In this document: piece after piece, positions 33,101-43,973 of the stretch
Layout: each line of letters opens with the position of its first letter
Position numbering within the stretch: the stretch's first letter is position 1
Origin: Sphaerodactylus townsendi
Lineage: Eukaryota
Assembly (NCBI RefSeq): GCF_021028975.2
Contig: NC_059427.1
Location: forward strand, 806,001-870,000
Direction: 5' to 3'
DNA: 64,000 nucleotides
Notes under the pieces: model-generated
Seen by the model: the letters and a program-made list of their open reading frames with translations, nothing else
What the model was told of the DNA's origin: nothing
Database searches by the model: none
Translations under genes and position numbers: made by a program

Positions 33101-36100
33101 AAGATGATCGAGGCCCTGAGAGCCGATCAGCTGCGGGGCCCGAGGGTGCCGTTTGTCCGGCCAGAAAGAACTGCTCTAAGCAATAGCCAAGTCTCCCTTC
33201 GTCGTTCACATGTCCTTTGCTCAACTGCACACCCCATTTCCCCTTTGGGAAGGAGGCCAGGGGAAAGCACACCTGGAGCCGTTCCTCTTCCCTTGTCATG
33301 TCCTACCATCCGCAGCACCCCTGCCGGTTTCCTCCGGAGGAGGAGGAGGAGGAGGAGGTTGGGCATCCGACAGGGTCTGTTCTGCCCGTCCAGTGCAATG
33401 CTCGGCCGGTTGCCTCGTGACTTCCAGGGGTGAATGGCAGGTGCTGGTCCTTGTGAGACGAGAGAGAGTTGCCCTTTCCGTAATCAGGCCGTGTGCGTGT
33501 GTGTGTTGTGTGCGGTTGGGAGTCGTAGAGTCATAAGAGTTGGAAGAGACCCCGGGGGCCATCCAGTCCAACCCCCCCTCCCCCCGCCATGCAGGAACAC
33601 ACCATCAAAGCACTCCCGGCAGGTGGCCACCCAGCCTCTGCTTGAAAACCTGCAAAGGAGGAGCTTCCTCCACCCCCCCTCCGAGGCGGCACATTCCCCT
33701 GTTGAGCAGCAGCCCTGGCGGTCCGGGAGGTCTTTGTCCTCTGAGCAGCAGAGAGGAAGATGAGGGGGAGGGGCTTGTGCGCCTGGGCCTGCATGCCTCG
33801 CTCCTTCCAGGATCAGGGCCTTGGCAGCTGCCTTCTTTTTCCTCCCTGCAGCCTCGGACCCTGCGTTGGTGGACGGGGAGCTGGCCCGGCGGCTGCGGCA
33901 CAACCGGGAGGCGGGCCTCCAGCGTCTGGAGCAGGTGGTCTCCCACTACACGCAGCTGCAAGACCAGGGCGAGGAGGAGGAATGGCGCCGGAAGCGGGGG
34001 CTGCCCCCCAGCAGTGCTGCTGCCCGCCAGGACGGGGGGCCAGCCTCGCCCAGTTCTTCAGCAGCTGCCAGCAAAGAGGTACAGCTGGGGGGGAGGCCCC
34101 CCCAAGCCAAACATTGAGCCATAAGAGAGGGCATCGGGGCTTCCACAAGGGGAGGGGTTTGGGGGGCCCTCCAACACCTGGGTAGGGGCTATTTGCCCTG
34201 CTTGGAAGATGGAAGTGCAGCCTATGGCTCCCCTTCTTCTGCGTGGGGGTGGGTGCATGGGTCTGCTTTCAACAGAACAGGCCCTGAAAAGGGGGGGTCT
34301 GTTTCTCCCTCCCCCCCAAGCCCTCTTCCTGTCTCAGAGAAAAGCTGCAGTGGTGCTTCTGTGGTCAGAGCAAACATGGGGTCAGGGTGGTGCTTCAGTG
34401 GAACCCCCCGCAGATGTCCGCAGGGGACAGGGTGGGGTGGGGAGAGCTGCAGGCTGAAGAAGCGGGTGAATTACCTGAGCAACCCCCTTCCCCCCTCCCA
34501 ATTCTTCCTCCCCCCCAGGGCAGCCTTGGCCCCAGAGCGGCCGGAAAGGGGGCTTTGCAGGCCGATGATGAAGAGGAGGAGGAGGAGGAAGACGAGGAGT
34601 CCTCCGAGTCAGACCTCGAGGCTGAATTGGAGAAGAGTCTGGAGGGCAGCGAGGAGGAGGAGGCCCCGGCCCCAGGTGGGTTGTGGGGGCGGCAGGTCAG
34701 TCCCAGACACCTCTATCCACCCCCCCCCCCCCCCCCGGGTCAGTTCTCTGGCCGAAGAAGGAGCCCAGCGCTGCCTTGACCCTCCACAAAGCCAGCGTGG
34801 AGCGCCCGGGAAGGGCCCGGCCCGAGAGGTCAGTGCCGGGTGGGCCCTGCTGTGTGGCCCCCTCTGGGCCCCTCCGGCTCGGCTGGCTTCTCCGCTCCCT
34901 GCCCGGCTTCCGTCTGCTCTTTCCTTTTTCTGCGGGCTCCATTCAATGCTGAAAGGTGTGAAATCCAACCCCGAGGGAGGGGGGCACCTGCCGGCCTCTG
35001 GGCTTGCTCCTGCCGACCCCCCCTTCCAATCAGTTGAAATGGGGGGGGGCAAAGGCTTGGGTCGCTGAAGGATCAATCCTCCGGCAGCCGGGGCTGGAGG
35101 GAGGTGCTGAAGGCCTCCCTTGATTCCTCCCTCCCTCCCTCCCCCCCCAGATGAGGAGGACCCCCCTGTGCTGGAAGTGGAGGCTGACCAGCGCCTGGAC
35201 CCGGAGGCCCCGGAGGTGATTCTGTACTCCTCGACTGAAGAGGAGGAGGAGGAAGAGGAGGAGGAGGAGGAGGAAGAAGCCGCAGGAGCAGAGAGAGAGG
35301 AGGAAGCCCAGCAGGGAGGGGAGTCCCCTGCCCCGCTCTTTGTGGCAGAGCCCAAGGAAGTGCTGGCCCTGCAAGGAAGCGAGACGCCCCCGCCCTCGCC
35401 CCCACCCTGGACCCAGGAGGGCAGCCTGCCCCTTTCCCCGCCTGTACGGAAGGGGCTGCCCCCCATCAAGCGCAGCAGGGCCCTGCAAAACGGGGGCCTC
35501 TGCCCCCCAGCAGTCCTGACCTCCCTCCCAGAAGAGCCCCCATGCAAGAGGGGCCGGCAGGAGCAGCCCCTCTCCAAGAGGTGAGGCCCAGAGACCACCT
35601 TTACCTTCACAGCGGCATGGGGCAGGCTGCTCTCCGCATACCCCTTCAGAGGGGGCTGCTCAGAGCGGCTGGGTCGGGCCTCGGGCTGGCTGGCCCCAGA
35701 GGTGGGATTCCTGGGCAAGGCCCTCACCCTCCAGGACGTGGGGGCCGGTGCTAAGACAGGTGCTCTCCCTCCCCCCCACCCCCTTTCCAGCAGCTGCATC
35801 GAGGTGCCCAGCGCAGGGTCTTCCGAAGACGAGGGTGACGGCTGCTGCAGCCCCCCTGCCCCACACAGCCCACCCCCCGTGGCAGACTCCACCTGGGCTG
35901 ACTCCCCGGGGCTGGCCATGGTCACTAGTTCCCAGGAGAGCCCGGCTCTTATTTGCAAGGTGAGACGCTTGGGCTGGCAGGGAGGGAGGGAGGGGGCACT
36001 CACAGCTGGGAGGTGCTGCCGGGGCTCTCAGTCTCCAAGGCCCCCCCTTCTCCTCCTCCCTTCTGTTGTCTCCCCCCAGGCCAGTGTGGCAACGCAGTGT

Positions 36101-36139
36101 GACCCCGAGGAGATCATCATCCTCTCGGACTCGGAGTGA
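21185..36139 (+). CDS. DAXX: Death domain-associated protein DAXX, about 676 aa; exons 21185-21385, 26743-27529, 33852-34078, 34519-34675, 35151-35580, 35791-35959, 36080-36139
   Basis: N-terminal [13 protein letters not shown]; helical bundle; histone-binding domain ([26 protein letters not shown]...[19 protein letters not shown]); acidic tract; C-terminal [21 protein letters not shown]. 2031 nt in frame. Confidence 0.95.
21961..22192 (+). mobile_element. Penelope-type palindromic element with a degenerate hammerhead core (about 22075-22115) and a captured DAXX exon fragment
   Basis: CCC-CTGAAGA-TGCCAGC-CCCAGA-TGCAGGC-GTAAC-GTT-AGG; homologous to 13761-13966. Confidence 0.7.
22511..24128 (-). 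mobile_element. Non-LTR retrotransposon reverse transcriptase region, disrupted, interrupted by a SINE
   Basis: [59 protein letters not shown]|[21 protein letters not shown]. Confidence 0.92.
22832..23150 (-). mobile_element. tRNA-derived SINE (Squam3-like) with (CTT)n tail, nested in the LINE RT
   Basis: Box A/B head (tggcgtaggagg...ggtttgattccc), (CTT)n tail, TSD tgaaga at 22831 and 23151; splits the PTLF|NLF motif. Confidence 0.85.
24455..24625. mobile_element. Degenerate Penelope-type palindromic element, ribozyme core lost
   Basis: tgtggctgtggtctgttagtttttgctcc / ggagcaaaaactaccagaccgcggccaca. Confidence 0.55.
25430..26608 (+). mobile_element. CR1 LINE 3' part in a DAXX intron
   Basis: [21 protein letters not shown]...KFADDTKL; ttcttatgttct tail. 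Confidence 0.92.
28090..28190. mobile_element. hAT-type MITE with a perfect 8-bp TSD
   Basis: TIRs cagtggtggcgaacctatggcactccaga / tctggagtgccataggttcgccaccacag; TSD tcctagag at 28082-28089 and 28191-28198. Confidence 0.9.
28964..29224. mobile_element. Tc1/mariner-pogo-type MITE
   Basis: taccttgtttccccgaaaat ... atttttggggaaactgggta, TA-flanked; related copy at 38224-38386. Confidence 0.7.
29965..31320 (+). mobile_element. Old CR1 fragment interrupted by an L2 insertion
   Basis: [21 protein letters not shown]...LSLEKRRLR; the CR1 3' sequence resumes at about 31190. Confidence 0.7.
30648..31186 (+). mobile_element. L2 LINE 3' end
   Basis: Homologous to 36981-37506 (minus); ends in a gtgaaccgcc...gcagtcta stem and (TAAT)n tail. 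Confidence 0.7.
31335..31790 (-). mobile_element. L2 LINE ORF2 C-terminal fragment
   Basis: [11 protein letters not shown]...[20 protein letters not shown]...VQNAAAQLL...[14 protein letters not shown]. Confidence 0.9.
33525..33730 (-). mobile_element. CR1 3' end
   Basis: [16 protein letters not shown] plus ccaactcttatgactctacga tail on the minus strand. Confidence 0.7.
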
Positions 36140-36413
36140 CCCCTGCCTGCCTGCCTGCCTGCCAGCGTGCCACAGCAGACCCTCGAGGGAGGGGAGGGGG
36201 AGGCTCCAGGGGGGCCTGTGGCCAGCACCTGCTGGACCCTGAGGCAGAATGGCGTCCTGGGAGGTGGGGGTCGTGCCTTTGGACTTGGGGGAGCTTGTGG
36301 GTGCATGAGCTGTCGTGGGGAAGGGCGGTGGTGGGGGTGGGGGGTGGCTGGGCTGGGCATTCAGGCCCTCTGGTTGTGGGAGTTTGTTTTACAAAAATGG
36401 GGGGATGGGGAAA

Positions 36414-36419
36414 AATAAA
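36414..36419 (+). terminator. DAXX polyadenylation signal AATAAA
   Basis: 275 nt after the stop codon, followed by U/GU-rich sequence. Confidence 0.75.
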
Positions 36420-36980
36420 TATTTTTCTGTATTTATTGAGCGTCTCTTTTGTCGTGTCTGTTTTGTCAGTGGGGGTGGGGCATTGTCTTTGATTCAGCTG
36501 ACTAAGCCCAAGACCGTCTGCCCATGCTCAGAGGTGCCCTGCCCATGGGGCTTTATTGCTCCTGACTTAAATGAACCCTTTTGACTGAGGCATTCTAGGA
36601 TGATGCCATGGCAGAATTTTGCATGTATGGTGCAGCAGCTCCCACTCCCTGAAAAGAGACAGGGGCCCAGCAAGGGGGGGGGGCATGTTGCTGGGGTGGT
36701 GGATGTTGGGTAGCTGTTGATAGCCCAGGCACTCCCCCAACGCACTTGCACACACATCGGCCTTTTCAATCAAAAATCCTGACAGGAAACTAATATATAA
36801 GCTGCCACCAAAGTTCTGAGGTAAAAGTGGGACTTAGGGAGGCTTTGGAAAGATAAAACAAAACTTGATTTTATTTTACAAGCTTTTCTTCTCAGGTTGT
36901 TGTTTCAGAGAAGGTTCTAAAGCGTTTCTGGTTTCTTTAGGCAGATATTTCTGAGAGGTTGCAGAGCAAATGCAGGTTCA

Positions 36981-37506
36981 CTTATTGTTTGTTTATTTAT
37001 TGTTTAGTTTTCTACACTGCCCTATCCCTGAGGGGCTCTGAGCGGTGTACAACATAGAATCTACCACAATAAAACTAAACAAAGGGAGCACAAGTAACTA
37101 CATATAAGTAAGGCGTCCAACGAGACCCATATTAAAAAAACCCTCCCCAAGATGGGGAAACGGCGGATCCCCTTAATATAAAAGGATCCTGATATAAAAG
37201 GAGCAAGAACATGAGGGGGCACCTCACTCAGCGACTGGACACTCCAAAGGCCTGGTGGAACAACTCAGTCTTACAGGCCCTGTGGAATTCCCCAAGTTCC
37301 CGCAGGGCCCGAACAGCTAGAGGGAGAGTGTCCCATCAGGCTGGGGCCAGAGCCGTAAAGGCCCTGGCCTGTGGAGGCCAGCCACATCATTGAGGGGCTG
37401 GGGACCACCAGCCAGTAGGGACATATGGGGTGATGCGGTCCCGAAGGTACAAGGGTCCCAGGCCGTGTATGGCCTTAAAGGTCAGCACCCACACCTTGAA
37501 GATGAT
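36981..37506 (-). mobile_element. L2 LINE 3' end
   Basis: Minus strand encodes an IIFKV..LTFKAIHGLGPLYLRDRITPYVP-type peptide; (AAAT)-like tail. Confidence 0.75.
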
Positions 37507-37690
37507 GGCTGTTTCAGATACAAGATATAGCTTCACTTAAATATGGTGGTTTCAGTTTCCAGATCATTTCACACATAGTTTCACAAATGCATGGGTGTCT
37601 CTATTTAGGGTAAACCTTTTCAACCTGGCTCTAAATACTCACATAAGAACAAGCCAGCTGGATCAGACCAGAGTCCATCTAGTCCAGCTC

Positions 37691-37782
37691 NNNNNNNNNN
37701 NNNNNNNNNNNNNNNNNNNNNNNNNNNNNNNNNNNNNNNNNNNNNNNNNNNNNNNNNNNNNNNNNNNNNNNNNNNNNNNNNN
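37691..37782. other. Assembly gap (92 N), probably hiding TAPBP exons 1-3 and possibly ZBTB22
   Basis: N run between the DAXX 3' end and TAPBP exon 4. Confidence 0.95.
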
Positions 37783-38223
37783 GGGGGGGGGGGGGGGGGG
37801 GGCATTTCTAGCAGTGTCTCTAACACCACTGCTTTAAAAAAAACCCCACGAGAGGCAAACACGGAGACTGCAGCAGCCCCGGAAGAGGCGGCAGGCAGAT
37901 AATTCAGAGTATTTGTCTGCCTGGAGACATCGAGAATGCAATCGCTTCGTTCCAGTTACATGGAAAAGGCTGGCGAAATGAGCAGCGCCCGCTGCCAGCT
38001 GGTTTAAGGCTCCTAAATATACTTTGCAGCAGGTGGGCACAGGATTGTCCTCTCGGTCCATTGATCAGGTGGATCAAGCGACTGAAATCCATTGGATCAG
38101 CACAAAAAAGGGGCTAGCCCTGGTTAGACAACCCCTGGAGCAGTTTGTTGGTTGGTTGGTTGGTTGGTTTTTAAAGTAACCTGGTAATTGTTCCCACAGA
38201 CGTTTCTTGGCAGGCGCCCCTTT

Positions 38224-38386
38224 TACCCTGTTTCCCCAAAAATAAGCCCTAGTTACAGCTGATCTGGTCACGTGGGAGGTGCAAAATCATGGGAAAACAT
38301 AAGACATCCCCTGAAAATGAGCCCTAAGGCATCTTTTGGAGCAAAAATTAATATAAGAGCCTGTCTGATTTTGGGGGAAACACTGT
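38224..38386. mobile_element. Tc1/mariner-pogo-type MITE, internally deleted
   Basis: taccctgtttccccaaaaataag ... ttttgggggaaacactgt; related to 28964-29224. Confidence 0.6.
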
Positions 38387-38387
38387 G

Positions 38388-38670
38388 GAAGAAGAGGAGT
38401 TTGGCTTTATTACCTCCCTTTCTGTCCTGCAAGGAGTCTCAAGGGGCTTACACGCCCTTTGTCCCTTTCTCTCCCCTCAACAGACACCTTGTGAGACAGG
38501 TGGGGCTGAGAGAGTCCAGAGAGAACCAGACTGGCCCAAGATCACCCAGCAGAAGTGTAGGAGTGGGGAAGCAAATCCTGTTCACCAGATAAGAGTCTGC
38601 CGCTGAGGTGGAGGAGTGCGGAATCAGACCTGCTTCTCCAGATTAGAGCCCACCTGCTCTTAACCACAAC
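38388..38670 (-). mobile_element. Squam3-like tRNA SINE
   Basis: Homologous to 22832-23150. Confidence 0.8.
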
Positions 38671-39390
38671 CCCATTAAGTCCCTCCCGCTGCCCCCATTC
38701 TTGACCCCCACAAGAGCAAACACCAGAGGAGGTCTGGTTGCTTTCCTCCCACTGCCCCCCCCCCCAAAGGCTTCCCTCTTCAGAACTTTGATTGTCGGCT
38801 GCCTGTGAGCCTGACTTAGGGACGGAGGAACATCTAATCAGACAAATATGTGCTCTGTGGCCTCGTTGCTTGCGCCTGCAGGCATGACAGGCAGGCAGAC
38901 ACTACCAGCCCCAGCCAGACTCCTGTGATTTCGTATTTGATTTTATTAGATTTCTATCCTGCCCTCCCCGACCAAGGCCGGACTCAGGGCAGCGTGCAAA
39001 CCTGTTCTAAACACGCTGTTCCAGGGGGGCGGGGCTGCAATTCAGGGCCAGAGCACACTCCGGGGCGAGCCCGTGTGAATAAGCCTACCTACACTCAGTC
39101 TTGCAGCAAGCCTTTATGGGCATAGAGCCCAGACTCACTCGCCAAGACTTCTCGACAGCCCTGCCTGCCTGCCTGCCTGGTGGTCCCGCTGAGCAGCCCC
39201 GGAGCCGGCAGTGGCTGGCTGAAGGAGCCAGTGTTGCTGAAGGCCTCCGAGGGCCCTGGTGGCTCAGCGGAGACTTCCTGCTCCTGATGTTGGCCACAAT
39301 CCTGAGCCGGTGTTTCTGATGTGGGGGGGGGGGAGCGTGCTGCTGGGCAGAACAGGGGACGGGGGGAGCACAAGCTTTCGTTCTAGAAAG

Positions 39391-39680
39391 ATCCAGCATG
39401 GTGTAGTGGTTAAGAGCAGGGGCACTCTAATCTGGAGAACCAGGTTTGATTCCACGCTCGGCCACTTGAGCTGTGGAAGCTTATCTGGTGAATTAGATTA
39501 GCTTGTGCTCTCCAGCACACACCAGCTGGGTGACCTTGGGCTAGTCACAGTTCTTCCGAGCTCTCTCAGCCCCACCGACCTCACAGGGTGTTTGTTGCGG
39601 GGGGGGGAGGGCAAGGAGTTTGTCGGCCCCTTTGAGTCCCCTTGCAGGAGAGAAAGGCGGGCGGAATATAAATCCAAGGT
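39391..39680 (+). mobile_element. Squam3-like tRNA SINE
   Basis: tggtgtagtggttaagagc...ggtttgattcc head. Confidence 0.85.
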
Positions 39681-40179
39681 CTACAAGAAGAGGATTGTTT
39701 CCCTCCCAGACCTTCTCAACATCTGTATAGTTTGATCTCTCAAAAAAGTTTGCCAGATTTTTGCTGGGGGTTTGTGACGTCTCTTTGAGGAGGCAGATGC
39801 GTGTGAACGCAGCAGAGGTGTGTGTGTGTGTGTGTGCGTGCGTGCGTGCATGCGTGCGTGCGATTCCAGGCATTTGGGCCCAAGGGAAAGCATAGAACAG
39901 CTGGACACTGGTCGGATATGTAATAGGCCAGCCACGTTTGCTTCACCTCAAATACGTGGTTGGTCAGCCACGTGTCCGTCTATCCTGTGCGGCTGCTGTG
40001 TGCCGTGGCCATAGGCACCCTGCCCACCTTCGGAGGCGGCCGTGTGCAGCAGAACCCCCTGTGGCCCAGCTCCGGAGGGCAGCCGAGGGGGGGGGGGCGG
40101 TTGGGAGCCCGTGGAAAGCGGTCAGTTGGTGCGTTGCAGCCTCGGCCCCCTCACTTCTGCCCCTCTCCTTGTCCACCAG

Positions 40180-43100
40180 CGGTCTTCTCTGTGTTCACGC
40201 GGACCCCGAACGTGCAGTCCCGCCTGGGCCAGGACGTGGTGCTGGACTGCGGCTTCTCGGCACCAGCCGCCCCCTTCTCAGTCGAGTGGCGCTACCAGCA
40301 CCGAGGGGCCGGGCGGGTGATCCTGGCCTACGACGGGGCCGCCCGGCGGATCTCTGTGGCGGAGGAGGGCGTGGAGCTCTTTCTGGACCCCGGCACCAGC
40401 AACGTCTCCCTCGGCCTGCGCAACGTCCGGGTGCATCACGAGGGCACCTACATCTGCACGGTGTACCTGCCCCACTGGCACGCCCAGCAGGCCCTGGAGC
40501 TGAGGACCGTGGGTGAGTGGCCGAGCAGCTGCCTGGGCTGCAGGGGGCCCCCGGGCCCATCCCCAGCTGAGACGGCCCAGGCACTGGCCCGGGTGGGGGG
40601 GGGGACCTTTCTTGGCCAGGGGCCCCGGAGAGCTGCCGCCAGTCCTAGCAGGCGGTTCTGACCTTGGTGGGCTGATCCGGGGGAGGGGAGGGTTGTTCCA
40701 GTGTCCGTCCTGCCCCTCCACTCCCAGCAGGCTCCTGGGCCGCTGGTGCTCTGGGAATAGAGATGTGAAATTCATAGAAACCTTGCAGCTGTGGGGTTTT
40801 TTGCCCCAGGGGTCCAGGGGGGGATTGAAGTCTGTGCAATACTTGTGTTCCTAACGCCATTAAATGTGTACAACTGTCAGCAAATGTCGCTGCAGCCTTG
40901 GGCCCGCCTCTGCTCCGCTCTGGGCCGGGGGGCAGGCGTGTGGGAGCCCCAGGGCTGACCATTGGGCTCGCCCCCTCTTTCTTTGTCACAGGAGTGGGGA
41001 GGGGACAGGCCGGCTCCGCGTTTTGCCAACACCCGTCTCGTTCCCCACAGAGCCTCCCAGGGTGACCCTCCGGCCCACCCCGCTCTCCGTGCCCCCCAGT
41101 GGCCGTGCCGAGCTGGCCTGCGAGATCTCTGGCTACTTCCCGCTGGGGGTGTCTGTGAGCTGGAAGCGCCGGAGGCCGGGGTCTCCCCAGGAAGCACTGC
41201 TGGACACCTGGGAGTCGGGGCAGAGGCAGTCGCCCGACGGCACCTTCAGCTTCACCAGCTATGCCCGCCTGGGAGCCGTCCAGCCCCAAGACCACGGGGT
41301 CTCCTACAGCTGCCACGTGGCCCACGCTGGACTGGGGGACGCTGAGCTGCAGAAGGCGGTGACGCTCCGTGTTGCAGGTAGGAGAGAAGCTGCTGGGCCG
41401 GCCACGCCTCCACCCCCCCGGCAGTTATTCCAGATGTGCCCCCACAGTCACACGCAAGCTTGGGTGCCCGTGCAGAGTCCCTCGTCACTGGCTGTGCCTC
41501 GGCTGCGAGCCCATAAGGGAGTGCCCGGGTTCAGGTGTGCACCTGTAGCAGGGAGCCGGCCGCCTCTGGTCTCCCTTGCGAGGGGGGCCAGAAAACGCCT
41601 CTGCTCTCCCTCAGCCACACAGCCAAGTCTGCCCCACCTGTGGCCAATCAGAAGCTCCTCTGGGCAAAAGTCCCAACTGGTCCCGCCCCCCTTCCAGAAA
41701 TGCTTGGTGGGGTCCACATTGGGGGTCCTGACTGGCAGTCCGGAGGGTTGGTGGGGGTTGTTTTGGGAGTCCCAGAACCTCCTTCATCCATTGCGGGGGG
41801 GGGGGGGTGGTAGCTGCAAGACGGGACATAAGAACATAAGAAACAAGCCAGCTGGATCAGACCAGAGTCCATCTAGTCCAGCTCTCTGCTACTCGCAGTG
41901 GCCCACCAGGTGCCTTTGGGAGCTCACCTGCAGGGTGTGAAAGCAATGGCCTTCTGCTGCTGCTGCTCCTCCTGAGCACCTGGTCTGCTAAGGCATCTGC
42001 AATCTCAGATCAAAGAGGATCAAGATTGGGAGCCATAGGGACCTTCAAAGGTGGGATTCTTGGCTGCATTTGAGATATTTTGTGCTTGCTTACCCACAAT
42101 ATGAACACACAGTGTGGGTTGTGATGATTTTGTGTACTGATCTGGAAAAGCAATAAAGTGTTTTTAAGCACTGAACCGGCCCAGCGGGTCGGCTGGGGGC
42201 TCCTCGGACAAGGGCCGACCCGTGGTTTTCTGGCTCTCCTGCATTGAACCCGCCTCGCAGGAGCGGAGGTCTTGCAGAGGGCGGGGCCTTCACGTGCCAA
42301 TCTTGGCCTGCTTGCCTAAATCAACACCTTAAGTTGTTTGGGAACCCCCTGGGGAGAAAACAAGCACAAACATGGTGGGGGGAGAGGATGAGGTCAGTCA
42401 GTCAATCGCAAAGGAGAGCAGTTTGGAAGTCCCAGGTGATGTGTGGAAGGCCTTCCTCAAAGGGCTGTTGTGAGGATGATATAGCAAAAGAGTTAAGCCC
42501 CATCTGCCCCCCCCCCCCCGGTCTGCTGCATGGCAGGACGTTGCACTTGATGGCCCTTCTGGCCTCTCCCAACTCTAGGACCCATGTCCATGTCATCCAA
42601 TGCTGGTGGGATGAGGGGGATTGGCGGCCCCCTCTCACACCCCCTCCCCCACATGTGCTCCCCCCCATCTCTCTCCAGGCTCTTCAGGGCCCTGCTTGGA
42701 AGACGCTGTCGGCCTCTTCTTGGTGGCCTTTGGCCTCTACGGGATCCTGCAGTTCTTCTTCAGGCGGGGTAAGGCTACTCCGCTTGCCAATCCCCCCCCC
42801 CTTCGTCCACTCCCCCCCACCTCTGCCCCTAACGGGTCTTCCTGTCTCTTTGTCCCCTTCACAGCCACTGGTGACAGCCCCAAAGCTCAGGTGAGTTCCC
42901 AGACAGCTCCTCCGCCTGAGGGGTCAGGCAGCCTTTCCTTGGGCCCGGCTCTTGGAGACTGGCCTGCAAGAGGCTCCTGGCCAATCCGCCGGCTGCATTT
43001 TCTTGGCTGAAAGAAGGGGAGGGGCCTTTGTGGGGCCAGGGGCCAGCCAGCCATGGGGGGGAGGGGGGGCTGCAGCTCAGTGTGGGGAGCCCCACCTTGG

Positions 43101-43973
43101 CCATTGGAGGAAGGTGCTGCTTTGGCCTCTGGCCGTGGGGGGGGGGCTGGGGGAGGCCCGGAAGAGCCCCCACCCGTCAGAGGAGGCCCCCCAGGGCCTG
43201 TTGCCAGACCCGGCTTTGCCTCCACGCCGGCCTCTGGGGGGCAGCAGCCTGACCGTTCGGGGCCTTTGGCTGCCCCTCCTTCCGAGGCCAGAGGCTAGGC
43301 AACCACCCACGGGGGAGGGGGTTTGTTGCTGGGGTTCCCAACCTCCAGGTGTTGGCTGGAGATGTCTGGCTATTACTGCTTGATCTCCATCCGCTCCCCT
43401 GGAGCAAAGGCCCGCTCTGGAAGGTGGGTTCTGCGGCACCCTGCCCCATGGGAGCCCCCCTAACCCCTCCCCATCAAACCTCTAGTTTCTCAGGCTTCCC
43501 TCCCATAATCTCCAGGTATTTCCCACCCCAGAGGGGGCAGCCCCGGCTTCTGCTCCATTGGGGGTGGAGGGGGGGGCAGCTGGGTCCAGTACAACAAAGG
43601 GCTTGATGCAGGGAGAAGATCTTCATCTGTCTGATCTGGAACATTCATCTGGAACCCGTTCCTACTTTGCAGAACTGGAGGCAGCCGACAGTATAAATAG
43701 GAGGAGTTACAGAACCACGTAAATGTCCACAATTTAAAACGTCCAGCAAACGAGTGCCAAATTAGTGCAAGGAGGCCCAAAATAGAACGGGCCCAGCTGC
43801 CTCCTGAGAGACCGAGAGGGAGGGGCTGCCACCAAAAAGCCCCCCCCCCCCCCCCAGTTGAGTGGCTTCAATTCAGGATACCTCCCGAGTCCCCCTTTCT
43901 GGAGAGCCAGGCGGGCTGGATGCCGTGCCCTCCGTCTCACGTGCTTCTCTTCTCCCCGCAGAAACTGGAGTGA
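40180..43973 (+). CDS. TAPBP: Tapasin (TAP-binding protein), 5'-partial; exons 40180-40512 (IgV), 41051-41377 (IgC1), 42679-42768 (TM), 42865-42890, 43962-43973
   Basis: LDCGFS..FSVEWRYQHRGAGRVILAYD..EGTYICTVYLP; EPPRVTL..ELACEISGYFPLGV..SGQRQSPDGTFS..YSCHVAH; GPCLEDAVGLFLVAF. Closely resembles chicken tapasin as I recall it, and is syntenic with DAXX. The last 12-nt exon is inferred from a strong acceptor. Confidence 0.9.
41826..42035 (-). mobile_element. CR1 3' UTR fragment (also at 37641-37690)
   Basis: (ACATAAGA)n tail matching the 25430-26608 family. Confidence 0.8.

Noticed and set aside
39101-39319. ORF with GLRGPWWLS weakly like tapasin exon 3
   Set aside because: No conserved Cys-Glu motif and no convincing flanking splice sites.
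39391-39460. tRNA-like box A/B sequences
   Set aside because: They are SINE heads, repeated many times with a shared body and tail; not tRNA genes.
40180-41377. Possibility that the Ig gene is TAPBPL or an MHC/butyrophilin chain
   Set aside because: The GPxLED-FxxxFxxxG TM, tiny terminal exons, resemblance to chicken tapasin and DAXX synteny favour TAPBP.
43673-43696. Alternative TAPBP last exon (NWRQPTV*)
   Set aside because: Weaker acceptor than 43962 and no similarity to the 3-residue terminal exon; it would not restore KKXX either.
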